Positions 25,168 to 32,843 of a stretch of DNA of 64,000 nt are shown here, one piece after another; position 1 is the stretch's first letter; each line of letters begins with the position of its first letter. The notes under the pieces were generated by a model. The model made no database searches. It had not been told where the DNA came from and saw nothing but the letters and a program-made list of their open reading frames with translations. Source of the stretch: a virus. The position numbers and the translations under genes are program-made. The stretch lies in the IMG/VR virus record IMGVR_UViG_3300045988_126262, one strand, 5' to 3'.

Positions 25168-25455
25168 ATGAAAACGAAAATCAACAAATCGCAACTCTTC
25201 AAAATGGCATGGTCAATGTATAAACGCTCTATCTCGGTTCTCGGCCGTGAGTTCTGCCAGTCGTTCAGTGCTTGTTTGAGGAACGCATGGTTTAAGATGA
25301 AAGCGGAAGCCCGCAAGGCAGAAAAAGAGGCTCGCCGGTTAATGAAAAAGTCGGGACCCGCACAAAAGCCCGAATCGATTGTATTCGACTCAGCAATGGA
25401 AAGAGGTATAATAGAGTATTACAGAAACCAAAGCGGGCGTTATTGCGGAGATTGA
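25168..25455 (+). CDS. hypothetical basic protein (95 aa), first rightward gene of the switch
   Basis: Track ORF. Lys/Arg-rich central helix. Confidence 0.55.
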   Translation: MKTKINKSQLFKMAWSMYKRSISVLGREFCQSFSACLRNAWFKMKAEARKAEKEARRLMKKSGPAQKPESIVFDSAMERGIIEYYRNQSGRYCGD

Positions 25456-25600
25456 TACACCAAATACACGTGCTCTTCCAAAACAACAAGAGCGGTGGCC
25501 CGGCTATATCACTGTGGAAACAAAAGCCGGGTCACTTTAATAAAAACCAATAGATTAAACCTATTGTCCGTGATACTCCATTTCATTCATATTTCATTTC

Positions 25601-25730
25601 AAGTTACCAAAAGTTAAACTCCTGATTATGAGTAAAATAAGGTTGTAAATATTTGGTTAACTTACTGATAATGAGTATCTTTACAATACTAAAACAAACA
25701 ACATTACTAACAATTAAAAGACAAAGAGCA
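25601..25730 (+). promoter_or_regulatory. family-A promoter plus leader cassette, copy 2
   Basis: TTTG at 25652-25655, a 20-nt spacer, TATCTTTA at 25676-25683. Near-identical to 34468-34597. Confidence 0.7.
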
Positions 25731-26069
25731 ATGAAAGCAACTCATATTTTTACAGAGAAATTTGATACAAGAAGAAAACTTGCCAACAGAGCACTGAAAG
25801 CAATGAATGACATCTGTGACTACGATAATGGTACAATTCGCAACCCTTATGAGCTTGCAAGTTCTGTAATGAAAGACGGTAGAACACTTATCCAAACTAT
25901 CTATGAAGATGGCGAGGTACAATACAATGATGGGTGGTATATCGTAGAAGTTGACGAATATTGTATGTATGTTGACTTAACAGGTATTGCTACTAAAGAA
26001 ATGGGGATTGAGAAGTATGAGTATATTGACGAAATCAGCGAATTTGAAGAGATTGAAGTATTAGTATAA
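25731..26069 (+). CDS. hypothetical acidic protein (112 aa)
   Basis: ATG in the AAGAGCAATG context. The track start at 25653 is a TTG inside the repeated promoter. Confidence 0.6.
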   Translation: MKATHIFTEKFDTRRKLANRALKAMNDICDYDNGTIRNPYELASSVMKDGRTLIQTIYEDGEVQYNDGWYIVEVDEYCMYVDLTGIATKEMGIEKYEYIDEISEFEEIEVLV

Positions 26070-26112
26070 TTTTAACTAGCAGAGCGAAAGCCTTGCACAA
26101 TATATAAGAGCA

Positions 26113-26757
26113 ATGAACACATATTACAAGTTTGCGCCAAACGTATTTTTGGCAAAGTGCGAAGAAAAGCATGAAAGAGGTGAGGAAATTCTAGTTACAA
26201 CCAAGTATGGAAAAGAGAATGAAAGTATCGTTTTTAATCTGATATTTGAGCGTGACGGATTCTATTATTACTCCATCGTAAGGGCTGACGGATTCAACGT
26301 ACAAGAATGGGCAAAACGTAGAGCCGAACGTAGACGTGAATGGTCTGTATCAGCAAATAAAAAAAGTCATGAATATTTCGAAAAGTCAAATAAGGACAGA
26401 GATTTTCTTTCACTTGGAGAACCTATTAAAGTAGGACATCATAGCGAAAGACGACACAGAAAAGCAATAGCGGATGCTTGGAGAAACATGGGTAAAAGCG
26501 TTGAATTTAGCGACAAAGCAACAGAACATGAAAGAGAAGCCGAATACTGGGACAAGCGTGCTACAACCATCAACCTATCTATGCCGGAAAGTATTTACTT
26601 TTATGCGCACAAGCTGGAAGAAGCCAAAGAATATCATGAAGGTGTAAAGTCAGGCAAATATCCACGTGAACACTCCTACACTCTTACTTATGCCAAAAAA
26701 GCAGTAAATGAAGCTCAAAAGAATTACGATCTTGCAGTAAAATTATGGGGAGAATAA
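26113..26757 (+). CDS. DUF3560-like protein
   Basis: 214 aa. LGEPIKVGHHSERRHRKA resembles the DUF3560 core. The assignment is from memory and unverified. Confidence 0.5.
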   Translation: MNTYYKFAPNVFLAKCEEKHERGEEILVTTKYGKENESIVFNLIFERDGFYYYSIVRADGFNVQEWAKRRAERRREWSVSANKKSHEYFEKSNKDRDFLSLGEPIKVGHHSERRHRKAIADAWRNMGKSVEFSDKATEHEREAEYWDKRATTINLSMPESIYFYAHKLEEAKEYHEGVKSGKYPREHSYTLTYAKKAVNEAQKNYDLAVKLWGE

Positions 26758-26760
26758 AAA

Positions 26761-27009
26761 ATGGAAAAGTTGATTAGAAACGATAACGCTTGGAGTGTGA
26801 TGATCATTACAGGGGATAAACTTGGCTATAAAAGCGAAGCTTTAGAACTTGCTAAAAAGGTGTTATTGGAGCATTATAGCTTATATCCAAGTCAAATACC
26901 TTTTTTATCAGGGGAGGCGACAAGAATACACAATTTAATTGCTTATGATAAAAAAGTTTATAAAGCAAACGAAATGGCACAACGCATAATAAAAGAGTTA
27001 GGACTATGA
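26761..27009 (+). CDS. hypothetical protein (82 aa)
   Basis: Track ORF. Confidence 0.5.
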   Translation: MEKLIRNDNAWSVMIITGDKLGYKSEALELAKKVLLEHYSLYPSQIPFLSGEATRIHNLIAYDKKVYKANEMAQRIIKELGL

Positions 27010-27320
27010 AAACGAAAGTTACAAAAGACGGTTTTGTCTGGCTTATAGTAGATAAAGACACAGCCACAGCCATATACAAAACTGGAACGCAAGAATTGTA
27101 TTCTCTATACGACGACGATGCAGAAGGACTTATCGAAAGTGATGAAGATTTTGAAAGAGCATTACGGAGCAGTTGCCCATTTGGAGTTGAAGTTGGCTAC
27201 ATTAAAGACTTGCTCCCAACCTGTACGAAATGTGGTAATTCGCTTTTCCTCTCTCCTGCTTCTGGATATATGTGGCGGTGTAATAAATGTGATGAAGATT
27301 ATACAAGTAATGAAATATGA
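27006..27320 (+). CDS. hypothetical protein with a CxxC...CxxC zinc ribbon
   Basis: 104 aa. CTKCGNS...WRCNKCDE. ATGA overlap with the preceding gene. Confidence 0.55.
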   Translation: MKTKVTKDGFVWLIVDKDTATAIYKTGTQELYSLYDDDAEGLIESDEDFERALRSSCPFGVEVGYIKDLLPTCTKCGNSLFLSPASGYMWRCNKCDEDYTSNEI

Positions 27321-27499
27321 AATATAAATACAAATTCAGAATAATCGAAACCTACTCGAAGATAGTGGAGGTAGAAGCAGAAAACATGGATTCCGCTCAT
27401 GAGAAAGTAGAAGAAATGATAAACACAGAAGAAATCGACCTTACTGACGATGATTTTGAAGACATAGAAATTTACCCTTATGGAAACCAAGACAAGTAA
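27317..27499 (+). CDS. hypothetical acidic protein (60 aa)
   Basis: Track ORF. ATGA overlap with the preceding gene. Confidence 0.5.
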   Translation: MKYKYKFRIIETYSKIVEVEAENMDSAHEKVEEMINTEEIDLTDDDFEDIEIYPYGNQDK

Positions 27500-27534
27500 A
27501 GCTATATCCTATATCCCTACTCCACTCCGGCTAT

Positions 27535-27741
27535 TTGAAAGAAGCATTAGCTATATTCTCTACTTTTCGAGTTGGTTTCTCCAAAGAAGAACGCAGGACA
27601 TTGAAGATAGCCCACGAATGTCTTTCAGGCAATGCTGGGTTCTATCGTCAACTTGGGATTGATACCAGTGCGGAGATTGAGAAATGCAGGTCGATTTTAC
27701 TTTCCAAGTATCAGAGAATCAATAAGTTAAATAAAGTTTAA
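27535..27741 (+). CDS. hypothetical protein (68 aa); TTG start, weakly supported
   Basis: One of two overlapping track ORFs (the other is 27480..27662). Neither has a good start codon. Confidence 0.3.
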   Translation: MKEALAIFSTFRVGFSKEERRTLKIAHECLSGNAGFYRQLGIDTSAEIEKCRSILLSKYQRINKLNKV

Positions 27742-27831
27742 TCAGAGTGAATAATAGGCGTAACTCATTGGTATTCAATATATTATTTATATCTTTATAT
27801 ATCAAAAATAACAACTTAAACAACAAGAGCA

Positions 27832-28143
27832 ATGAAAAAATATCTGTTTTATATTACGAACGATGGAAATATTGGTGTAAGAGAACATCATTTTGATTGG
27901 AAAGAAAATGATAAGATTATGACAAATGGTTCGTCGAGCAGGATTCTGAAAGTTTTTGATGGTAATAGCCACAACATAATGATAGCGAATAAGATAATGA
28001 AAACCCTTAATAAGGTTGGTAAAATAAGAACGAGACTTGGATATAGAGACGGAATGCCTGCAATTATTCAATCTGGATACAAATGGAGAGATGCTAATGC
28101 TAAACTTGAATACGTAAATGAGAATTTACGTGCTATGATTTAA
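27832..28143 (+). CDS. hypothetical protein (103 aa)
   Basis: ATG in the CAAGAGCAATG context. Confidence 0.55.
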   Translation: MKKYLFYITNDGNIGVREHHFDWKENDKIMTNGSSSRILKVFDGNSHNIMIANKIMKTLNKVGKIRTRLGYRDGMPAIIQSGYKWRDANAKLEYVNENLRAMI

Positions 28144-28175
28144 GTAATAGATATGTAAACATTCCTAAAAGAGCA

Positions 28176-28451
28176 ATGAGTGAGATAGAACAAATGACAT
28201 ATGAACTTAACCTAATATTACACTCTGATACCTATCAGTTTGAAATCGATACAGAAGATTATGTCTTCGGATTCAAGAAAACCATAAGAAAACGAACTAA
28301 AAGTTTAGCAAAAGCTATTCAATTACAAGTTAAGCTAATTAATGATTGCGGGCGATTTTTGTCTGAAACAGTGAGAATCGTATCTGTACGGTTTTACAGG
28401 AACGGTGAGTTAAGAAAAGAAGTTCATGTCAACGAAACAACGCATAAATAA
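28176..28451 (+). CDS. hypothetical protein (91 aa)
   Basis: ATG in the AAAGAGCAATG context. Confidence 0.55.
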   Translation: MSEIEQMTYELNLILHSDTYQFEIDTEDYVFGFKKTIRKRTKSLAKAIQLQVKLINDCGRFLSETVRIVSVRFYRNGELRKEVHVNETTHK

Positions 28452-28458
28452 TAGAGCA

Positions 28459-28887
28459 ATGGAAATGAAAAGAGCAATGACAAGCCAAGAAAGTTTTGCT
28501 ATTCTCCGAGAAATTGAAAATCGAAAGTATCCCGGAGGCATAAGTCTTACAGATTGGACTAGGCAAATTCAAGAAGAGAAAATTAAAGCCATTAAGGGCC
28601 TTGTCCCAGAGGAAGGCTTAGGCTGCACAATCTGCTATTATTCAGACAGACGTGCAGCCACGGTTACAAGAATAATCTCTCCATGCAAGATAGAGGTGAC
28701 ATTTAACGAAGTTAGGTGCATCGACTACTATGCCGGGGATTATGAGATTTTGCCGAAGCTCAAAGGAGAGCCAAAGGTGTTTACCAAAAGAAGAAATGGA
28801 TATTGGGTAGCAGAAGGACAGCCAGTCAAGGGCGGTGTCTTGCTGATGCTGCATTATCAAAGTCATTATATTGACCCAAGTTTTTAA
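28459..28887 (+). CDS. hypothetical protein (142 aa)
   Basis: Two consecutive (A)AGAGCAATG contexts, at 28459 and 28477. The track start at 28426 overlaps the previous gene. Confidence 0.55.
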   Translation: MEMKRAMTSQESFAILREIENRKYPGGISLTDWTRQIQEEKIKAIKGLVPEEGLGCTICYYSDRRAATVTRIISPCKIEVTFNEVRCIDYYAGDYEILPKLKGEPKVFTKRRNGYWVAEGQPVKGGVLLMLHYQSHYIDPSF

Positions 28888-28899
28888 AGAATAAGAGCA

Positions 28900-29049
28900 A
28901 TGAGGACGGCGACATTGAAAGAGCCATACAAAGGCTATCGAAACATTATCCTAATAGAATATTGGGGTAACGTATGCAAATGGGAAGTAGAGATTTGCGG
29001 AAGTGGTAAACATATCTTCGTTTATGAAGATGAATTTGTGGAGGACTAA
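28900..29049 (+). CDS. small hypothetical protein (49 aa)
   Basis: Hand-translated MRTATLKEPYKGYRNIILIEYWGNVCKWEVEICGSGKHIFVYEDEFVED. ATG in the TAAGAGCAATG context. Confidence 0.45.
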   Translation: MRTATLKEPYKGYRNIILIEYWGNVCKWEVEICGSGKHIFVYEDEFVED

Positions 29050-29052
29050 ATT

Positions 29053-29304
29053 ATGACATTCGAGGATTTGAAAGAAAGTGACAAGGATAAAATAAAGAAC
29101 GTTAACCGGCGAAATCGTTATGGATTGTCAAGCAAACAGCTTGAGCGTCTTATCAAAGAACATAAGAAAGCAATGCAATTAGGCGATGAATATACTTGTT
29201 TACTTATAGAATATCGCCTTTGTGACATCAATTTTCATACGGAGGTGGATTTGTTGCACGCCGGAGAATATGAAAAAGTCATAGAAATAATAAAAACGTG
29301 GTAG
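29053..29304 (+). CDS. hypothetical protein (83 aa)
   Basis: Track ORF. Confidence 0.5.
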   Translation: MTFEDLKESDKDKIKNVNRRNRYGLSSKQLERLIKEHKKAMQLGDEYTCLLIEYRLCDINFHTEVDLLHAGEYEKVIEIIKTW

Positions 29305-29323
29305 TTTAGACAATTTTAGCACT

Positions 29324-29360
29324 AAAAGTGCATGAATTTCATATACTTTTTATATATTTA
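29324..29360 (+). promoter_or_regulatory. family-B promoter, copy 3
   Basis: Palindrome aaaagtgcatgaatttcatatactttt at 29324-29350, and TATATTTA at 29353-29360. Confidence 0.6.
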
Positions 29361-29380
29361 CACCGTAAAAAGAACAAAAA

Positions 29381-29785
29381 ATGAAGATTTTTACATCGTA
29401 TTTCGGTAATAGCCGAAAACTGAAAGAGGCGGGAGTTAATATGATTTGCGTAGCAATCGGAAAACCCAGATTTATAGCTGGTATTCCACAAATGCTGAAT
29501 GTTTGCCCGACTCGTTATATGGTAAGTGGACCTTGTTCCCACGATGAATACCTAAAACTTTACGACAGAATATTGGCAAGCCAAGATGCGAACCAAGTCG
29601 TGAAACAAATTGAAATGTTAAGCGGAGGAAAAGACGTTGCTCTTTGTTGCTACGAAAAACCGGGTGATTTCTGCCATCGCCATATTTTGGCAAAATGGAT
29701 CACAGAAAATACTGGTATTGAAATCACAGAATTTGGAGTTGTTGAGAAGAAAGAGCCCAATTATGAACAAGCGAGTTTGTTTTGA
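29381..29785 (+). CDS. DUF488-like protein
   Basis: 134 aa. MKIFTSYFGN... and the C-terminal VALCCYEKPGDFCHRHILAKWI resemble the phage DUF488 clade. Confidence 0.55.
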   Translation: MKIFTSYFGNSRKLKEAGVNMICVAIGKPRFIAGIPQMLNVCPTRYMVSGPCSHDEYLKLYDRILASQDANQVVKQIEMLSGGKDVALCCYEKPGDFCHRHILAKWITENTGIEITEFGVVEKKEPNYEQASLF

Positions 29786-29865
29786 AAATAATGCCAACCA
29801 TCAATAGCGTTTGATGGGATGCTGTCAGATTTGCCAAGCAAGCGGTGGTTTGACAGCATTGGTTT

Positions 29866-29938
29866 GGTTGAATGGCGAAGTGATTAACGCAACGGTCTGC
29901 AAAACCGTTATTCGTGGGTTTGAATCCCACTTCAACCT
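29866..29938 (+). tRNA. tRNA-Cys (GCA)
   Basis: Acceptor GGTTGAA/TTCAACC. Anticodon arm ACGGT-CTGCAAA-ACCGT. T arm GTGGG-TTTGAAT-CCCAC. Discriminator U73, as expected for tRNA-Cys. Confidence 0.9.
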
Positions 29939-29994
29939 CAGAGGACCGAAGTACAAGGAAGGGCAGTGGAAATTCTGTGCAGGCTGCCCATATT

Positions 29995-30064
29995 GCGGAA
30001 ATAGCTCATCGGCAGAGCGTTGGCATTCCAACCAAAGAGTGGGGTTCGATTCCCTGTTTCCGCT
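29995..30064 (+). tRNA. tRNA-Gly(UCC)-like gene with an 8-nt anticodon loop
   Basis: Acceptor GCGGAAA/TTTCCGC with G1-C72, C2-G71, G3-C70 and U73. D arm GCTC-ATCGGCA-GAGC. T loop TTCGATT. The anticodon stem is only TTGG/CCAA around CATTCCAA, which is CUUCCAA plus one extra A. Confidence 0.6.
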
Positions 30065-30287
30065 CAACCCTTATAGTAGCGATAAGCAAAAGCAAGAACA
30101 TTAAAGCTTGTGCAGTTTACGGGGTGATAGAAATTGCTATCTGACACGACTGAAAGAAGCCGAAGAATTGCATAAGTGTTCTTGTAAGTAGCTTGAAGAA
30201 TGATTGAATTTGTGTTTAAGCCTGTCGGGAATACGCTCGACAGGCATTTAACGCAAAATGTATATGAAGTTATATACAACTCAGTAA

Positions 30288-31589
30288 ATGTTTACAGGAA
30301 CGACACCACCAGAAGTTAAATTGCTCCTTCAAGATTTGATGAGAGGAGTAAAAGGGAAAGATGTTTTTATCGGATGTTCAGGAAACTACACCACCGATAA
30401 AATCATGTCAGCGATGGGTTATACTGTACATTCAAACGATGTAAGCCTATATTCTAAATTGATAGCGGATTTACTGCTTGATACTAGCACAGAAGTAGAG
30501 TGTATTAATCCTGAATTAAAAAACGTTTTTGATACATGGGAAGAAACCAAATACAAAAAACTTGTTCAGGTTATGTTCGCTTTAAAAGTAGCGCAATTCC
30601 ATCAACGTAAGAATGATTATCAAGAAGAAATGTTCAACGCATTCATTGAACAATCTAAGATTTATTATGATAATACTATCAAGAAGCTAGAGAAAGGTGC
30701 GTTAGATTTTTCCATTCAAAGTTTTTACTACGGGGATTTTTTGGACTTCCTAAAAATGAAAAGAGGTAAAGGTGTGGGAATTAGTTTTCCACCGACTTAC
30801 AAAGGGGGATATGAAAAATTATTTAGTTATGTCGAAGAAAGTTTTAAATATGAACATGCACCCTATAATATATTCGATCCCAAAGAAGGAGGAGCTGTTT
30901 TTAAGGAACTGTTAGATAACGATGAAAATATCATTTATTCAGACAGATACTTTAATATATTGGAAGGGTACTTGGTCGGGAAAATAAGGCTTGGTTCAAA
31001 TAAAAATCCTCTATTTGCTTATTCAAGCCTACAAACGAATAACCATTATTACATTGAGCGAGATAAATGCGTAAAGCCTTCCCATATCCATATACTTCCG
31101 GTAGATTATCAATTTACAACCGACACAGTAATTACAGTTCGCCCATGTGCCGTTAATGACGTGAACTATTATAAGGCATTCTACATGGCAAACAAGGTCA
31201 ATTACACAACAGGCGGAGATTTTGGCCTTGTGTTCATGGCAGACGGTATGGCTTTTGGGTTTACATCATTCAGCAAGCAGTTATCCACATTGTCGCAGAT
31301 ATTTATGCAAAGCGATTTTGTGGTTAATTCTGAGACCCAGCGTTTGAGCAAATTGCTTATCATGCTGGTGAAATCCCACGATGTCCGGAGGTTGATAGCA
31401 CGGAAGATGTATAATTATTATGATGGAGTGAAGACTACTGTATATACCACCAGTCCTGTATCGATGAAATACAGGGGGGTATTCAACCTTGAGCGGAGAG
31501 ATGAAGGTAAATTGATATATTCTTCCATCTTTACAGAGAAATCATTAAACGAACTATATGCGCTATGGATAAGAAAGTACAAGAAGTAA
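30288..31589 (+). CDS. Dam-like (D12-class related) methyltransferase-like protein with an atypical motif IV
   Basis: 433 aa. VFIGCSGNYT (FxGxG-like), HSNDVS (ND motif) and ISFPPTY in place of DPPY. Inference only. Confidence 0.4.
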   Translation: MFTGTTPPEVKLLLQDLMRGVKGKDVFIGCSGNYTTDKIMSAMGYTVHSNDVSLYSKLIADLLLDTSTEVECINPELKNVFDTWEETKYKKLVQVMFALKVAQFHQRKNDYQEEMFNAFIEQSKIYYDNTIKKLEKGALDFSIQSFYYGDFLDFLKMKRGKGVGISFPPTYKGGYEKLFSYVEESFKYEHAPYNIFDPKEGGAVFKELLDNDENIIYSDRYFNILEGYLVGKIRLGSNKNPLFAYSSLQTNNHYYIERDKCVKPSHIHILPVDYQFTTDTVITVRPCAVNDVNYYKAFYMANKVNYTTGGDFGLVFMADGMAFGFTSFSKQLSTLSQIFMQSDFVVNSETQRLSKLLIMLVKSHDVRRLIARKMYNYYDGVKTTVYTTSPVSMKYRGVFNLERRDEGKLIYSSIFTEKSLNELYALWIRKYKK

Positions 31590-32329
31590 AAGACGTGCAT
31601 ATCATTCAGGAGAAATTAGATGAAGTAAACAATTTGATTGCTCCATATCAACTGGCATACGTCAGTCCAACCAAAGATTGTATCCCATTGGAAAAAAACG
31701 CCCATTATATGGAAAAGCAGACGCTTGACCGATTGACTACTAATGTAGCAGAAGATGGCTTTCTTTCTCAATTACCGTTTGCAATGAAACGGAATGACGG
31801 TAAATATCTTATTTTATCTGGGAATCATCGGTTAAAAGCGAGTATCAAAGCGAAACTTGAATATATCCTTATCCTCTATATTGACGAGGTGGATAAAGAC
31901 AAACAGATTGCTTATACATTATCACATAATGCTTTGGTAGGTAAGGATGACATGCAAATGCTCAAAGAAATATATTCGGAAATGCGTAGCATAGAATCAC
32001 GAGAATATTCAGGGTTAAACGGTATAAAGTTCATGGATACAGATAAAATACCGACTGTATCTATTAACGATGGGGATATTGAACTTACTGAAATGAAATT
32101 CTTGTTTACTGAAAGTAGGAGCAATAATGTCAAAAATGTGCTTGCAGAACTAGAAAAACAGAAATTATCAGAAGATTGTTCTATCGTCGTTGGCTCTTAT
32201 GAAGCTTTTATTAAAGTGGCTACCGAAGTGAAGAATAAATATAATATTAAGAGCAATACAGTCGCATTTGCACGAATGGTAGATATTTGTGAAACATATC
32301 TTAAGGATTTGGAAGAAAAGGAGGAATAG
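31565..32329 (+). CDS. ParB N-terminal-domain (nuclease-like) protein
   Basis: 254 aa. KYLILSGNHRLKASIKA fits the ParB/Srx GxxR motif. Lies immediately upstream of the terminase genes. Confidence 0.6.
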   Translation: MDKKVQEVKDVHIIQEKLDEVNNLIAPYQLAYVSPTKDCIPLEKNAHYMEKQTLDRLTTNVAEDGFLSQLPFAMKRNDGKYLILSGNHRLKASIKAKLEYILILYIDEVDKDKQIAYTLSHNALVGKDDMQMLKEIYSEMRSIESREYSGLNGIKFMDTDKIPTVSINDGDIELTEMKFLFTESRSNNVKNVLAELEKQKLSEDCSIVVGSYEAFIKVATEVKNKYNIKSNTVAFARMVDICETYLKDLEEKEE

Positions 32330-32330
32330 T

Positions 32331-32843
32331 ATGTCGAGAAGAGGTAGGCCAAGAGATAAGTTGTCATTGTATGATAAATACATCAAAGGCAAGGAAGAGA
32401 TTATAAAATCTGACTGTCGAAACGGTGCAGATAATAAAGGGATTTGTAAACGATTGGGTATTGGGCTTACTACTTATAAAAGAATCCTTTCCCAATACCC
32501 AGAAGTACGCGATCTACTTAAGGAGAGCCGGCAAGAAGCTGACTTAAAGGTAGAAAGTGCATTGTATAAACGAGCCATCGGATATGATTACGAAGAAACA
32601 GTTACAGAAGTCAGGGTTGCTGAAGATGGGTCAGCGCAAACTACTGTTGTCAAAAAAACAAAGAAGCACGTTGCAGGAGATACTACTGCTCAAATATTTT
32701 GGCTTAAAAATAGAAAGCCTGATATATGGAGAGACAAGCAAGATGTAAACGTAAACAATGACGAATGGGTAGATGCTTTGAAATCTCTTACAGGTTCATA
32801 TAAGAATGACAACAAGCGAGGAAAAGAAGAAAATAATAAATGA
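32331..32843 (+). CDS. terS: terminase small subunit
   Basis: 170 aa. An HTH (ICKRLGIGLTTYKRIL) and the TTAQIFWLKNRKPDIWRDKQ block typical of phage TerS. Directly precedes TerL. Confidence 0.75.
   Translation: MSRRGRPRDKLSLYDKYIKGKEEIIKSDCRNGADNKGICKRLGIGLTTYKRILSQYPEVRDLLKESRQEADLKVESALYKRAIGYDYEETVTEVRVAEDGSAQTTVVKKTKKHVAGDTTAQIFWLKNRKPDIWRDKQDVNVNNDEWVDALKSLTGSYKNDNKRGKEENNK

Noticed and set aside
25653-25730. The N-terminal extension MVNLLIMSIFTILKQTTLLTIKRQRA is shared by track ORFs 25653.. and 34520...
   Set aside because: It is a TTG-initiated translation of the repeated promoter and leader. The real starts are the ATGs at 25731 and 34598, in the AAGAGCAATG context.
27480-27741. Two overlapping short track ORFs, 27480..27662 and 27535..27741.
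   Set aside because: They cannot be resolved from sequence alone. One has an ATG start but an odd Ser/Pro/Leu-rich translation. The other has a TTG start. I kept only the second, at low confidence.
29790-29862. Two hairpins (CCATCAA/TTGATGG and ATGCTGTCA/TGACAGCAT) just upstream of tRNA-Cys were considered as a third tRNA.
   Set aside because: There is no T-loop (GTTCRA) or D-arm, and only 23 nt lie between the 9-bp arms. They are more likely terminator or processing hairpins after the DUF488 gene.
29811-30144. Track ORFs 29811..30104 (+), 29825..30067 (-) and 29914..30144 (+).
   Set aside because: They are laid over the tRNA-Cys and tRNA-Gly-like genes and their flanking hairpins. The first starts at a TTG. 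They are artefacts of structured RNA sequence.
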